This document shows, one piece after another, positions 1 to 10,321 of a stretch of DNA of 64,000 nt. The notes under the pieces were generated by a model. It did no database searches and was not told the origin of the DNA. It was given only the letters and a program-made list of their open reading frames with translations. The stretch is from a virus. The stretch covers positions 64,001 to 128,000 of the IMG/VR virus record IMGVR_UViG_3300035670_000030; one strand, 5' to 3'. Position numbers and translations under genes: made by a program. Position 1 is the first letter of the stretch. Each line of letters starts with the position of its first letter.

Positions 1-323
1 AATTTATCTAACTTTATGGCGAGTATTTTTTTTGATATCATTTCTGTTTGAAAAAGTTTAGAATGATTTTTATTGATAGAAGATGTCTGTCCTTCTTGTA
101 TATTTTTTGGGTAGAAAAATTCTACTTCATTGATATCATCATCGACAATTGCCATTTCATAAAATTTAACAAAATCTAACTTAGAATAAAGCTGTTTAGC
201 CATAATTAAGGCTTCAGATAAAGGTTCTATTAAATAAAGTTCGGTAATTTTATCTTTATTTGATGATACATATTCATAAACATGATCATTGCCATCGTAA
301 CATCCAATTTGTAATATTTTCAT
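1..323 (-). CDS. FkbM-family SAM-dependent methyltransferase (partial, runs off the left edge; not in ORF track)
   Basis: Manual translation from ATG at 323 (ATGA overlap with the upstream stop): MKILQIGCYDGNDHV...LYLIEPL...FYEMAIVD, matching FkbM motif I and the following EP/AI motifs. Confidence 0.7.
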   Translation of the reverse strand, partial: MKILQIGCYDGNDHVYEYVSSNKDKITELYLIEPLSEALIMAKQLYSKLDFVKFYEMAIVDDDINEVEFFYPKNIQEGQTSSINKNHSKLFQTEMISKKILAIKLDK

Positions 324-1024
324 AAAATTACAGATTTAATTGTTTGCTCTTCCATCCATGGTTTTTTGTTTTTGTAAAGTAAATAATAATATTGATGTTT
401 AAATATAAATCCAGGATTATTAAAATCCATACCAATAAATCTCGCATAGTCTTGTGAATTTTGGTCTAGTTTAGAATTAATCATATCATCATTCGTATCA
501 TATAATAAATTAAAACCTAAATAACTATACATTTTCTCAATGGCTTCTGACATCACAGGTGGGCCTGTAATATAATTTAATCTTTTTTCTGTATTATCTT
601 GAATTTTTTTAATAACGTTTTCAATTGTATTTTTTAATATTGGATGTTCTTTAGTTATCATTAAACACCATTGAACAAATGAACCATGTGTCCCCTCTCT
701 AGTTATAATTGCCTTATCTTCGGTGGTTAAAAAACTGTCGATATTAATATTAATATGAGAATCTATATCTAAATAAATACCTCCATATTTATATAAAACT
801 AAATATCTCCAAAAATCAGCTTTAGCAGCTCCTATTTGTAACTTACAATAGGCTTCAAAAATTTCATTATTATAATAGGTTTTTATAAAATCAAGAATAT
901 CTTCATCTGTATAAAAATGATATTGATATTCAGGATTAATGTCTAGCATTAGCTTAATAAGATAAATTACTTCTTCTGGTAATTTATTATTAATGAATGT
1001 TTGAAATATATTTTTTTCAATCAT
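320..1024 (-). CDS. GT32/OCH1-like glycosyltransferase (DxD sugar-binding)
   Basis: IFQT, NPEY..HFYTD, AKADFWRYLVLYKYGGIYLDID and TGP motifs. Confidence 0.9.
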   Translation of the reverse strand: MIEKNIFQTFINNKLPEEVIYLIKLMLDINPEYQYHFYTDEDILDFIKTYYNNEIFEAYCKLQIGAAKADFWRYLVLYKYGGIYLDIDSHININIDSFLTTEDKAIITREGTHGSFVQWCLMITKEHPILKNTIENVIKKIQDNTEKRLNYITGPPVMSEAIEKMYSYLGFNLLYDTNDDMINSKLDQNSQDYARFIGMDFNNPGFIFKHQYYYLLYKNKKPWMEEQTIKSVIL

Positions 1025-1026
1025 AC

Positions 1027-1545
1027 TTATTTTTTAGTACCATAAATCATTAGATTTAAATTATGAGATCTCGGATTATGAATTAAAGCTTGGTCAATTT
1101 GATCATATTCAATATTATCTACTTTTATATTATTGAGTTGAAGAATTTGCGTTAATATAGAGGAATTATATGCACATTTATGAAAATCTTCGCATTTGGA
1201 TTCTTGGTTAATCCAACTTAATCCTGCAAAAATCATATGATTTAAATCTTCAATTGACCATATTCCTTTAATATATGCTTCTAATTGTTTATCGATATTA
1301 ATTGTTTGTATAAAAATTTTACCACCACTTTTTAAAACTCTGGACCATTCTCTTATAGCGTTTTTACCATCAATTAATGGCATATGTTCTAGCACATCTT
1401 TAGCATATATCTCATCTACAGATTCATCTTGTAAAAAAGATAGGTCACGAACATCTGATTTTTTTACTAATGGATGGTCATATAAATCTACATTAATATA
1501 ACCATCTTTAATATCTTGGGCACATCCTAAATTTAATTTTATCAT
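1027..1545 (-). CDS. Class I SAM-dependent methyltransferase (type 11-like)
   Basis: LNLGC..GYINVD, SVDEIYAKDVLEH, RVLKSGG. Confidence 0.85.
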   Translation of the reverse strand: MIKLNLGCAQDIKDGYINVDLYDHPLVKKSDVRDLSFLQDESVDEIYAKDVLEHMPLIDGKNAIREWSRVLKSGGKIFIQTINIDKQLEAYIKGIWSIEDLNHMIFAGLSWINQESKCEDFHKCAYNSSILTQILQLNNIKVDNIEYDQIDQALIHNPRSHNLNLMIYGTKK

Positions 1546-2546
1546 AAAACACTTTCTTTTAACATGGTTGATATTTCATTTTTAACATGAAATTTTTTGG
1601 ACATATTAAAAATAATATTAGAGTCAAATTTATATTCTAAATTTATATTAAGATTATTCAAATCTAATTTAAATCCATTAATTCCATTTTCAATTAATTC
1701 ATTTATTGAACCATAATTAGATCCATACACTGGAGTTCCTTTTGAATAACTTTCTAAAACTGTTCTACCCAATGCTTCTGGTAATCGTGTCGGCATAAAA
1801 AATCCACGCGCCTTTTGAAAAACATGCTTATGATTTTGACCTCTTTTTAAAGGACCTTTAAATTCAAAATTTGATATATTTAAATTATATAAATAATTTG
1901 CTAATTGATCATTGCCAGAACCATATGCTATAAATTTATGATTTTTATTACGTATTGCTGTTTCTATAAAAATATCTAAGCCTTTACTTTCTAAACCCCA
2001 CTGTAAGCCAGCACACCATAAAAAATAATCTTCTTTATTAACCTCTAGATCAAATTCTTTATCTTCTAAGCCTGTATAACAAAAAAAACTTTTTTCTTTT
2101 TCCCAGTCTTCTTTTACCCAATTATGAAATTGAAATTGTGAAATAAATCTATATTTTACGTTATCATAATTTTTCATCCAGCCGTACTGTTTATTACAGC
2201 TATCTTGAAATGTGCATATAATAGGTTTTTTAAATTGCAATAATGGCTCAATACTCCAATGGCTTTGAGTCCATATAACATCAAAATCTAAATTTTTTAA
2301 AATTTTAGCGACAGAATAGGCATAGAATGAGCTATTTCTTTTTGAAATTGATGTGGGTTCTTCTTCTGTTTCATAAACTTCAAATGGGTATTCTTTTGTA
2401 TTGACCCTTTTAGGACATACAACAAAAAAATTTTGTTTTTCATTATAAAGACCAGCTGCTAAATTTTCTACGCATGTTTCGATTCCACCATAGCCATCTA
2501 ATGGAAATTGTTGTAAATAATCATTTCCAATAACGGCAATTTTCAT
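1542..2546 (-). CDS. GT4-family (GT-B) glycosyltransferase
   Basis: FPLDGYGGIE, KGLD, PEALGRTVLESYSKGTPV, ELIENGING. Confidence 0.88.
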   Translation of the reverse strand: MKIAVIGNDYLQQFPLDGYGGIETCVENLAAGLYNEKQNFFVVCPKRVNTKEYPFEVYETEEEPTSISKRNSSFYAYSVAKILKNLDFDVIWTQSHWSIEPLLQFKKPIICTFQDSCNKQYGWMKNYDNVKYRFISQFQFHNWVKEDWEKEKSFFCYTGLEDKEFDLEVNKEDYFLWCAGLQWGLESKGLDIFIETAIRNKNHKFIAYGSGNDQLANYLYNLNISNFEFKGPLKRGQNHKHVFQKARGFFMPTRLPEALGRTVLESYSKGTPVYGSNYGSINELIENGINGFKLDLNNLNINLEYKFDSNIIFNMSKKFHVKNEISTMLKESVL

Positions 2547-3313
2547 ATACTCAGATTGTGTTCTTGATAATTTTCTTGAAAATCTTCTATAGATTTGTGA
2601 ACTTTATGTTTTGGGTCTTCCCCTCCAGATTCTACTTTCCAATGTTTTTCCCAGAAATTTTTATTTCTTAATATCCTGTTACTCAAATTCATATATCCAG
2701 TATGAATTACAAATGGATAATTTTTTGTTCTTAATGACTCTATATCAGAAGGCGTTTGAATAGAATAAACTAGATTACCATTTTCGTCGATTAATTCGCA
2801 TGTATCGCTTTTAGATGTATCTATAGTACCATCCAATTTTTTAGCAAAATTTACGGCACCACGGTACAATCCTTTTTTATGCATATACCATTTTGGAGTA
2901 ATTGAAAAATAATGATGGTTATCTTTATAAAGATTCACTGATGGAATCATTACAGATTTTGATGGAGAATATATTAATTGATTGCCAATATTTTCCCAAA
3001 TATGTCTTTGCCATAATGGTATATATTCATCCATATCAAGACCTATCTTTATGTCTTGTTTTGTGGCTTGTAAAGCTGCATTTTTTATTTTCCCATCAAG
3101 TAATGGATCATCATAACTAAAATTTGTTTCTAAAATATATACATTATCACAATTTTCAATTATAAAATCACGAACTTCATTTACAGAGTCATCTTCGCTT
3201 GTATTTATTGCAATAACAACTTCATCCGCAAATTGAGAAAAATTCTGGATATGGAATCTATAATTAAATTTGTTCTTAATTAAATTAAATGCAGATGTAT
3301 AAATTGAAAACAT
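2543..3313 (-). CDS. GT2-like (GT-A) glycosyltransferase
   Basis: FADEVVIA..SEDDS, KNAALQ, LDMDE (DxD), late H-x-G motif. Confidence 0.7.
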   Translation of the reverse strand: MFSIYTSAFNLIKNKFNYRFHIQNFSQFADEVVIAINTSEDDSVNEVRDFIIENCDNVYILETNFSYDDPLLDGKIKNAALQATKQDIKIGLDMDEYIPLWQRHIWENIGNQLIYSPSKSVMIPSVNLYKDNHHYFSITPKWYMHKKGLYRGAVNFAKKLDGTIDTSKSDTCELIDENGNLVYSIQTPSDIESLRTKNYPFVIHTGYMNLSNRILRNKNFWEKHWKVESGGEDPKHKVHKSIEDFQENYQEHNLSI

Positions 3314-4407
3314 TATTTAGCTAAAATTGTTTTAAATTTTGTAAAAAGATATTTACATATATCTTGATTATTTTCTAGAAATGTTCTTAATTGATCCATG
3401 CCTTGAATTTTTTCAGGAAAATCTTTATCAATATCTTCTTTAATATCTTTGATTAAACCACTATCAAAAGCAATCCATGCACCACTTTTTTTAGCGAACC
3501 CCCACTGAATAAGCATATCTGCGACTTCATATTCAGTCCAAACACTTTTGCCATCAATTCGACCATGGCGAATTGGATATGTAACTTCTACACCATCTTT
3601 TTCATTAGTAGTTTTACGAAGAAGAATTTTTGACCAATGTCCAATAATTTTATCTCCCTCCATGATTTGGTCAGATTTATATCTTGGCTGAAATTCAAAA
3701 ATCCAATCCGCATAGTGTTGTAAAGCATTTCCTCCAGAACTATTAGTAAGTTTAGGATCAGTTTTTGCATATGGATTAATTTGAACATTAGAACGAACTT
3801 GGGATATAAGTCCACAAATATGTCCAAATGTAGAAAGTGGCAACATAATCCTACGAAGAAAATTCGACGTAAGAACTGCTCCAGCAGCAACTTTAGCACT
3901 ATCCTCAAAACCCTTGCTTAAATCATTTTTCGAAATAAGCGCATCCATACTATCAATGAGAAAATAATAACGAGTATTTTCTGGGTTATTTTTGATAAGC
4001 TCTAATATAAGTGTAGCAATATTTTCATAAATATTAGAACGAAGTACAAAACATGTTCCAGCTTCCCATTTTTCTGGATCATCTACAAAGTTGACTCCAG
4101 ATATTTTTTTAACATTAGAATTAAGGCGTCCTTCGGCTTTAACTAAAAAGCCTTTCGAGTTAGGAACTGTCTTAAGAAAATTGTTCATGATAAGTAGTGC
4201 GGAACTTGTTTTTCCGCCACCACTTACTCCGGTAAAACGAACAATTGCCGGAACTTCGAGTGCACCACCAAGTTCTGAATCTAAAAGAAGAGAGCCAGTA
4301 GATACTTGGAAAATCTGCTCATCTTCGAAATTATAATGTGAATCTTTATTATCTTTAAGATGTGAAGATAATATACTTTTGCCTGTTAAAGTGTTTTCTT
4401 TTGCCAT
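3313..4407 (-). CDS. recA: RecA/UvsX-like recombinase
   Basis: VSTGSLLLDSELGG, P-loop GVSGGGKTS, IDSMDAL, ISQVR, GGNALQHYAD, KKSGAW. Confidence 0.9.
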   Translation of the reverse strand: MAKENTLTGKSILSSHLKDNKDSHYNFEDEQIFQVSTGSLLLDSELGGALEVPAIVRFTGVSGGGKTSSALLIMNNFLKTVPNSKGFLVKAEGRLNSNVKKISGVNFVDDPEKWEAGTCFVLRSNIYENIATLILELIKNNPENTRYYFLIDSMDALISKNDLSKGFEDSAKVAAGAVLTSNFLRRIMLPLSTFGHICGLISQVRSNVQINPYAKTDPKLTNSSGGNALQHYADWIFEFQPRYKSDQIMEGDKIIGHWSKILLRKTTNEKDGVEVTYPIRHGRIDGKSVWTEYEVADMLIQWGFAKKSGAWIAFDSGLIKDIKEDIDKDFPEKIQGMDQLRTFLENNQDICKYLFTKFKTILAK

Positions 4408-4778
4408 AAGTTTAGAAATTCTCTTAAATTAAGAGCTTTATCTAAATCATATGCTTTTTTGTTTTCAAAAGCAATATTATTATTTTCTATTTGAAACTTT
4501 TTTACTTCTGGCAAATTTAAGTTAAATTTTTTATATTCTGTATTGAGAAATTTACGACCATCATCAGATAAAAACCAACATAAACTATTTAATTTAAAAT
4601 TTAATTCTAAAGTATTCCAAAAATCTTCATTTGGAAAAATTTTGAATAAACTTTTGACCATTTTCATTTCTTTTGGCCAAATAATATTCGAGGTATCTTT
4701 TAAAAATTTTTTTACAAAATTTTTTTTATTTAGATTGGTAGACTTCACAATTTGCACAAATCTCTTCGGACACTTCAA
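4386..4778 (-). CDS. Hypothetical protein (true start may be downstream)
   Basis: ORF fills the gap in the operon; no recognisable motif. Confidence 0.6.
   Translation of the reverse strand: MKCPKRFVQIVKSTNLNKKNFVKKFLKDTSNIIWPKEMKMVKSLFKIFPNEDFWNTLELNFKLNSLCWFLSDDGRKFLNTEYKKFNLNLPEVKKFQIENNNIAFENKKAYDLDKALNLREFLNLWQKKTL
4446..4474 (-). promoter_or_regulatory. sigma70-type promoter upstream of recA
   Basis: TTGCTT-17 nt-TATGAT on the minus strand, about 40 nt before the ATG at 4407. Confidence 0.5.
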
Positions 4779-4929
4779 AAATTTGACGTTCGTTACAATA
4801 AAATGCTGTTAATTGATAATCCCCGCCTCTACAAGAACACCTTTTTATAGTTTTTGTTATAGGTTCTTCTGATCTAAATTTACATGTATTAAATTTAGAA
4901 GGGGTTGGGGCTAATGGCTCTATGTTCAT
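4726..4929 (-). CDS. Small Cys-rich putative metal-binding protein
   Basis: Six Cys including CSC and CANC; ATG at 4929 preferred because the GTG at 4944 lies inside the GTGTAT motif. Confidence 0.6.
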   Translation of the reverse strand: MNIEPLAPTPSKFNTCKFRSEEPITKTIKRCSCRGGDYQLTAFYCNERQIFEVSEEICANCEVYQSK

Positions 4930-4950
4930 AATAATATTATACACTATAAA

Positions 4951-5982
4951 TTAAATATTTTTCATATCAAAGCTTATCATTTCTTGAATTAGGCTGTCAA
5001 ATGAAATTTCTGGAAACCATCCCAATTTTTTTCTAGCTTTATCTGATTTTCCTAATAAAAGATCTACTTCAGCTGGCCTATAAAATAAAGGATTAATTTG
5101 TACTAAAATTCTATCTTTATAAATAAATTTTTCATTTATACCCTCTCCAGTCCAAAAACCTTGTATATCAATAAATTTAAAAGTTTTATCAATAAATTCT
5201 TTTACAGTATGTGTCTCGCCAGAAGATAAAATATATTCTATAGGTTTATCTTGATTTAACATCATCCATATTCCACGCACAAAATCTTTCGCATGACTCC
5301 AATCCCGTTTTGCATAAATATTACCTAATTCTAGTGGTTTAAATTCTTCATTATAATTTAATGCTTTATTTATTTTTGCGATCTCTTTGGTAATTTTTTT
5401 TGTGACGAATTCTTCTCCACGTCTAGGGCTTTCATGGTTGTATAATAAACCCTGAATTGCAAATAAATTATAACTTTCTCTATATACTTTTACTATATGT
5501 CTCGCGGCAGCTTTTGCGGCACCATATGGACTTCTAGGTTTTAATGGATGATTTTCGTCTTGAGGACTATAATCTACATCGCCTAACTCTTCTGAAGATC
5601 CAGCATTATAAAATCTACAATTAGGAACATGTTTTCTAATTGCTTCTAAACATCTAATTACACCCATTGAGCCAACATCAAAAGTTTGTTCTGGAATTTG
5701 CCACGAAGCGCCAACAAAACTTTGAGCAGCTAAGTTAATAAAATAATCTGGACCTATTTCTCTAACAATATTATCGATAGATTGAGAATCAGTAAGATCT
5801 CCAGTCACTAATTTAAATTTAGGGTTATTTAACAAATGCTTAATATTATGATGATTGTTAGTAGAGGCTCTTCTTACCATGCCATAAACTTCATGACCAG
5901 TATTATCTAATAAATAATCGGCCATGTAACTGCCATCCTGACCAGTTACCCCTGTTATTAAAATTTTTTTAGGCGTATTCAT
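4951..5982 (-). CDS. gmd: GDP-mannose 4,6-dehydratase
   Basis: ITGVTGQDGSY, NLAAQSFVGASW, PRSPYGAAK, NHESPRRGEEFV, RDWSHAKDFV, YRPAEVDLLLG; start uncertain between 5982 and 5997. Confidence 0.96.
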   Translation of the reverse strand: MNTPKKILITGVTGQDGSYMADYLLDNTGHEVYGMVRRASTNNHHNIKHLLNNPKFKLVTGDLTDSQSIDNIVREIGPDYFINLAAQSFVGASWQIPEQTFDVGSMGVIRCLEAIRKHVPNCRFYNAGSSEELGDVDYSPQDENHPLKPRSPYGAAKAAARHIVKVYRESYNLFAIQGLLYNHESPRRGEEFVTKKITKEIAKINKALNYNEEFKPLELGNIYAKRDWSHAKDFVRGIWMMLNQDKPIEYILSSGETHTVKEFIDKTFKFIDIQGFWTGEGINEKFIYKDRILVQINPLFYRPAEVDLLLGKSDKARKKLGWFPEISFDSLIQEMISFDMKNI

Positions 5983-6400
5983 CGTCATCTTCTTCATTGT
6001 TTGGTGGATTATAATTTTCTTTATTATCTAAGGTTTTAAGAAAAAATTGTTCTATTTGATTTAATATATTGTTATATTTTTCTTGATATATTTCTGTACT
6101 TTCTGTAATTTCATCACTATTTTGAAGTGCTGAGTAAAATATATTTTTTGGTGAATTTAATATCTCATTAATAATTTTTAAATCGGCACCAGCTATGTTT
6201 TTATGTGCAAATTTTTTCCAAGTTTTAATAAATTCTTTATGAACATATTTTTCTTGAAATTCATTTTCTTGATTTATATAGTTTGCTATATAATTAAAAC
6301 AAAAAAATAGCATTGACCATTGAAGATTCTGCATAAATTTTGTTTCCAATGTTTGATCCATTGAATCACGCAAATTTTTATGCAAATCTTTATCTTTCAT
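5969..6400 (-). CDS. Hypothetical protein
   Basis: Coupled ORF with an acidic C-terminus. Confidence 0.65.
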   Translation of the reverse strand: MKDKDLHKNLRDSMDQTLETKFMQNLQWSMLFFCFNYIANYINQENEFQEKYVHKEFIKTWKKFAHKNIAGADLKIINEILNSPKNIFYSALQNSDEITESTEIYQEKYNNILNQIEQFFLKTLDNKENYNPPNNEEDDDEYA

Positions 6401-8379
6401 TATTTAATAGGACATACTCCCCCCTCACATTCGATGCCTTCTAAAGTATCACTGCCTAAATTTTGATTTATGTTTAAAACTGGTTTAACTTTAGATTTTT
6501 TACTTTCATATTGTTCTTTGCTAATTTCTTCATATGGAGCTTGTTTAAAACCATGTTTTTGTCTTAATAAGAAACTAACAGATTTAATTCCATTTTCATA
6601 GTTTTTAGAAAGCCAATTTTTAAGATCTGAAAGTTCTGTTTCACTATAATAAGCAGTAACACTAACTGCGTTGTCAGACCAGATCTCCTGAAGTTTTTTC
6701 ACCATTTCCAATTGCTGAATTACTCCCATATCATCTGCAAACATTGCGCCATCTGGAGTTTCACATGGAAACTCTACAACTACAGTATCATGGTTTTCAG
6801 AACCATCAAAATTAACAACATATTCAGTATGATAACCCAAATCTCTACAGTAATTTACGAGAGGATCATTGCTTGCCATACGTATTCTTCTAATATAATA
6901 TTTAGAATAAGCAGGATGAACCCCTGGAGTTGCTCCAGCTAACAGGCTTAATGTTCCACTTGGCTTGACAGTCGTAAGTTTAATACTACGATTCCAACCA
7001 CGTTCTTTACTCCATTCTTTATCAAATTTACGAAGCTCTTTATAACATACATCAAGCCAATCAATTTTATCAAGAGACTGGCAAATACCTGTAACACCTA
7101 ATCCAAGACGCATATTTTTATGCACAATTTTATTTGTCTCCTCATGGATGAATGGAAGTGCCGCAATAGCTTTTTGAGTTTTATATAAAAGCTTCGCACA
7201 AAGAATAAGCTCTTCTTTAGAGTTTATATTATTTAAATATAGTTCAGAAAGATTACAGCATTCATAAGAAGCAAGACTAATTTCACCACAAGGATTTGTG
7301 CCCACAACGTTATCTTCATCAGTTGGATAAAGATTACTATCTTTCATCAGACCATCTTTTAAGCGGCCATATTTTTGAGAAAGGGGGAGGTTAAAAAATC
7401 CATAAGGCTCGCCCTTCGCAAATCCTGTTTGAGAATCTAATACATATCCATTACTCCAGATCTCATTAGAAATATGAGAAAAGTCATCTGCATAAATTGT
7501 GTTATTAGACATCGCTCTCCAGTTAGGAATATTACCTAATGACCAATTTTTAGCTCGAAGAAAAAGATAATCATCAGGATCTCCAATAGCAATTTGTGCG
7601 CTACGACGAACATTGCCAGAAACAACAATTCCACCAATAATATTACAAATATCAAGAACGTCAACAGAACGAAGTTTTTTACCTTCTCTAGATTGAAAAA
7701 TCTTGTTAATTTTTTCGATACCATCTAATAGAATTTGAGGGCCACTTGCAATACCACCAAAACCTCCAATTCTTTCACCAGCGCCGCGAATAAGAATTGT
7801 AGAATAATTAAAAGATTTACCATTAACAAAAAATGCCTCTAAAACTTTTTCTAAAAGACGAATCCATCCTTCACGACTATCAGGGACAATAAAATCAGCA
7901 TCTTTAGTATTTTTATGTGTTATATTTACTCCCTTTTTAATACGTGGTAACTCATGAATATCTTCTCTACGAATAGAGAACCCTACTCCACCACCTAACA
8001 TTAAATTTTCAAAAAGAAAAAGAAATGATTTAATACTATTCATTGAAACATTCCAACAATTCAAAAGCGAATTTGCCCCAAACCGATCAACAGTTGGTGT
8101 TCCAAGTTGCCATAGCATTCTTCCAGCAAAATTGCACTTAAGATTAAAAATCAAATCAAAAAGTTGTTCCGCTTCTTCTTGTGTATAATTTGCTCCAATT
8201 TTTTGAGCCCCATTAATACAACGACGAATTGTTTCGTGCCACTCTTCAGTCTTTCCATCTTCTTTAAGACGAGCATAAGTTCTTTTATAAACAATATACC
8301 CCAAACCATTAAAACCCCAATTAGGTTGTTTATCTGCGTATTTATTTGCGAATTTTTCTGAAATAATTTCTGTGTTCAT
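6400..8379 (-). CDS. nrdJ: Class II (adenosylcobalamin-dependent) ribonucleotide reductase
   Basis: YKRTYAR, AGRMLW, GNVRRSAQ, TNPCGEI, CNLSE, TTVKPSGTLS, C-terminal CEGGVCPIK. Confidence 0.95.
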   Translation of the reverse strand: MNTEIISEKFANKYADKQPNWGFNGLGYIVYKRTYARLKEDGKTEEWHETIRRCINGAQKIGANYTQEEAEQLFDLIFNLKCNFAGRMLWQLGTPTVDRFGANSLLNCWNVSMNSIKSFLFLFENLMLGGGVGFSIRREDIHELPRIKKGVNITHKNTKDADFIVPDSREGWIRLLEKVLEAFFVNGKSFNYSTILIRGAGERIGGFGGIASGPQILLDGIEKINKIFQSREGKKLRSVDVLDICNIIGGIVVSGNVRRSAQIAIGDPDDYLFLRAKNWSLGNIPNWRAMSNNTIYADDFSHISNEIWSNGYVLDSQTGFAKGEPYGFFNLPLSQKYGRLKDGLMKDSNLYPTDEDNVVGTNPCGEISLASYECCNLSELYLNNINSKEELILCAKLLYKTQKAIAALPFIHEETNKIVHKNMRLGLGVTGICQSLDKIDWLDVCYKELRKFDKEWSKERGWNRSIKLTTVKPSGTLSLLAGATPGVHPAYSKYYIRRIRMASNDPLVNYCRDLGYHTEYVVNFDGSENHDTVVVEFPCETPDGAMFADDMGVIQQLEMVKKLQEIWSDNAVSVTAYYSETELSDLKNWLSKNYENGIKSVSFLLRQKHGFKQAPYEEISKEQYESKKSKVKPVLNINQNLGSDTLEGIECEGGVCPIK

Positions 8380-8390
8380 TGTAATTATAA

Positions 8391-8419
8391 ATTATACATT
8401 AAGATGATTTAAAATGCAA
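8391..8419 (-). promoter_or_regulatory. sigma70-type promoter for nrdJ
   Basis: TTGCAT-17 nt-TATAAT on the minus strand, 11 nt before the ATG. Confidence 0.65.
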
Positions 8420-8449
8420 AAAATAAAAAATTTTCAAATGAAAATTGTT

Positions 8450-8788
8450 TTATTGAATAGCTTTTGGTGTATGTTTTAAATGCCTTTTTTCTTTCCAATC
8501 TTTTGAATATTCTTTTTTAATTGGATCATTTTTAATTCCACCACGTTTTTCACTTAACTCTTTTGAAAGATCCATCATTTCACCGAAGGTTCCAGCTTTA
8601 TTAGTTTTATCCATAAACGCTCGTTTTGAATATGGATCTATATTTGCATCAATACTGGCTTGCGGAACTACAAATTCACGATTCCATTTCAATCCATTTT
8701 CGTCTATATATACTTTTTCATCATTCATGTGAAAAAATATTTCACGAATTTCTTCGGTTTCTGGATGGCTAAATAAGTAATAAGGCAT
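8450..8788 (-). CDS. FmdB-like small protein (Zn ligands degenerate)
   Basis: MPYYLF..PETEE..E...MND N-terminus resembles the MPxYxYxC family but lacks Cys. Confidence 0.55.
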   Translation of the reverse strand: MPYYLFSHPETEEIREIFFHMNDEKVYIDENGLKWNREFVVPQASIDANIDPYSKRAFMDKTNKAGTFGEMMDLSKELSEKRGGIKNDPIKKEYSKDWKEKRHLKHTPKAIQ

Positions 8789-8792
8789 ATCC

Positions 8793-8933
8793 TTATTTTA
8801 CTTGTTTTTTATTCATTTTTCTAATCTGAGACGCTTTAGGAGACATTCTACGTAATTCTCCATTTGGCATGCGCATATATTCAGTACCATCTTTAAATTT
8901 AAGTTTTTCTCCAATATTTGTAATTGTATCCAT
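8793..8933 (-). CDS. 46-aa basic hypothetical protein (below the ORF-track cutoff)
   Basis: MDTITNIGEKLKFKDGTEYMRMPNGELRRMSPKASQIRKMNKKQVK*, fills the gap between its neighbours almost exactly. Confidence 0.7.
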   Translation of the reverse strand: MDTITNIGEKLKFKDGTEYMRMPNGELRRMSPKASQIRKMNKKQVK

Positions 8934-8934
8934 A

Positions 8935-10023
8935 TTAAATATTTTTCATAATGTCTAAAATAGAATCAACCATTTTAGAATAAGTAAATTGTTCTTGTAA
9001 TTTTAGACCTTGAATATTATTAGGATTTTCTTTATATCTTTTTTCAACTTTATCAAGACCGTCTAGAAAATCTTTTTCATTCCAATCGAAAATTTGACCC
9101 TGGTTAAATTCAAGACCCTCTTTAAAAAAGATATTATCATAACAAGGTATTTTGCCATTTGGTTCGATAAGAACTGAATTTTCTGGCGTCATCCAATCTT
9201 TGTACGCATGAGCATTTAATCCAAGACAATGCTTGCCAAGTGCTACCGTTTGAAATTCTGGAAGACCCCAGCCCTCTCCTCCACTCATGGCTAACACAAT
9301 ATCTGTATTATTTAATAAATCATTATACATCTCGTTAGATGGCATATAATTTAAAAAATTAATATTAAAATAATTTTGACCACCAAGAGCTTGGCTAATA
9401 ATTTGTGATTGAATTTGTGGCTCTAAGAAATGATTAAAAATAGCGCAATTTAAATTATAATTTGGATTATTTCCATATTTTTTTGCCCATAGAGCGATAG
9501 TTTTTAAATGTCTTTTTCTTTGTGGTTCTAATTTTCCAAAGAGTCCAAACTGAACTGCTTTAATATTGCGTTTCGTAGTTTGTTTAAAATGGGTATTATC
9601 AAAAGCTAGTGGGATAAAATCAACATTATTTACTCCCATTGACTTGAATAATGAGACTGTATAATTACTAGAAAATAATACTTTTTCATTATTTTTAATA
9701 ATATTTGTTTCTGTCTCCGTAGGAGAATCTACTTCATAAAATGAAAGTAAAACTTGTTTGTTCGAAAAGCTTTCTAAGCTACCATTTAGATGCCATAATT
9801 TAAATATAGGTACTGTTTTCTTGTGTTCTTTATAAGAAGAATTTATAGAATTTTGTATCCAAGAAACAAAATTATTATCTTGTTTTTGGGTGCTAATATC
9901 TATATTTCCAATAGGAAATAATCTAATATCTAGATTTCTTTGAAAAAGTTCTCTCAAAATAGAGAGTGAAACTTGTCCCAAAGATGTAGAATTTAATGGT
10001 AAATTAAATGCTAATTTATTCAC
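8935..10023 (-). CDS. GT4-like (GT-B) glycosyltransferase
   Basis: GKLEPQRKRH, SGGEGWGLPEFQTVALGK. Confidence 0.85.
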   Translation of the reverse strand: MNKLAFNLPLNSTSLGQVSLSILRELFQRNLDIRLFPIGNIDISTQKQDNNFVSWIQNSINSSYKEHKKTVPIFKLWHLNGSLESFSNKQVLLSFYEVDSPTETETNIIKNNEKVLFSSNYTVSLFKSMGVNNVDFIPLAFDNTHFKQTTKRNIKAVQFGLFGKLEPQRKRHLKTIALWAKKYGNNPNYNLNCAIFNHFLEPQIQSQIISQALGGQNYFNINFLNYMPSNEMYNDLLNNTDIVLAMSGGEGWGLPEFQTVALGKHCLGLNAHAYKDWMTPENSVLIEPNGKIPCYDNIFFKEGLEFNQGQIFDWNEKDFLDGLDKVEKRYKENPNNIQGLKLQEQFTYSKMVDSILDIMKNI

Positions 10024-10025
10024 AC

Positions 10026-10319
10026 TTAGAAAGGAATATCTTCAGTAGCTGGAGCTGATTTTGCTTCAGATTTTGGAGCGGCTTTAGTCGCTTCTTTTTT
10101 AACTGGAATATTTTCTTTTTTACTATTATTATCAAAATAAATTCGATAATCTGGTTGATTAGATCCTTCAGTTTTATATTTATTTTTGAAAACCATTACG
10201 CTAATTTCTTCACCAGATTTTGATTTGATTTTTCCAGTAAGGAATTGGTTACCAGTTTTAGAGGTTTTAATCCAAAAAGCGCCAGCTTCTTCGAGTTTAG
10301 TTTTATCATTATTATCCAT
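10026..10319 (-). CDS. DUF736-like putative ssDNA-binding protein
   Basis: GAFWIKTSKTG..FLTG, NKYK....QPDYRI, SSB-type acidic tail EDIPF. Confidence 0.65.
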   Translation of the reverse strand: MDNNDKTKLEEAGAFWIKTSKTGNQFLTGKIKSKSGEEISVMVFKNKYKTEGSNQPDYRIYFDNNSKKENIPVKKEATKAAPKSEAKSAPATEDIPF

Positions 10320-10321
10320 AG

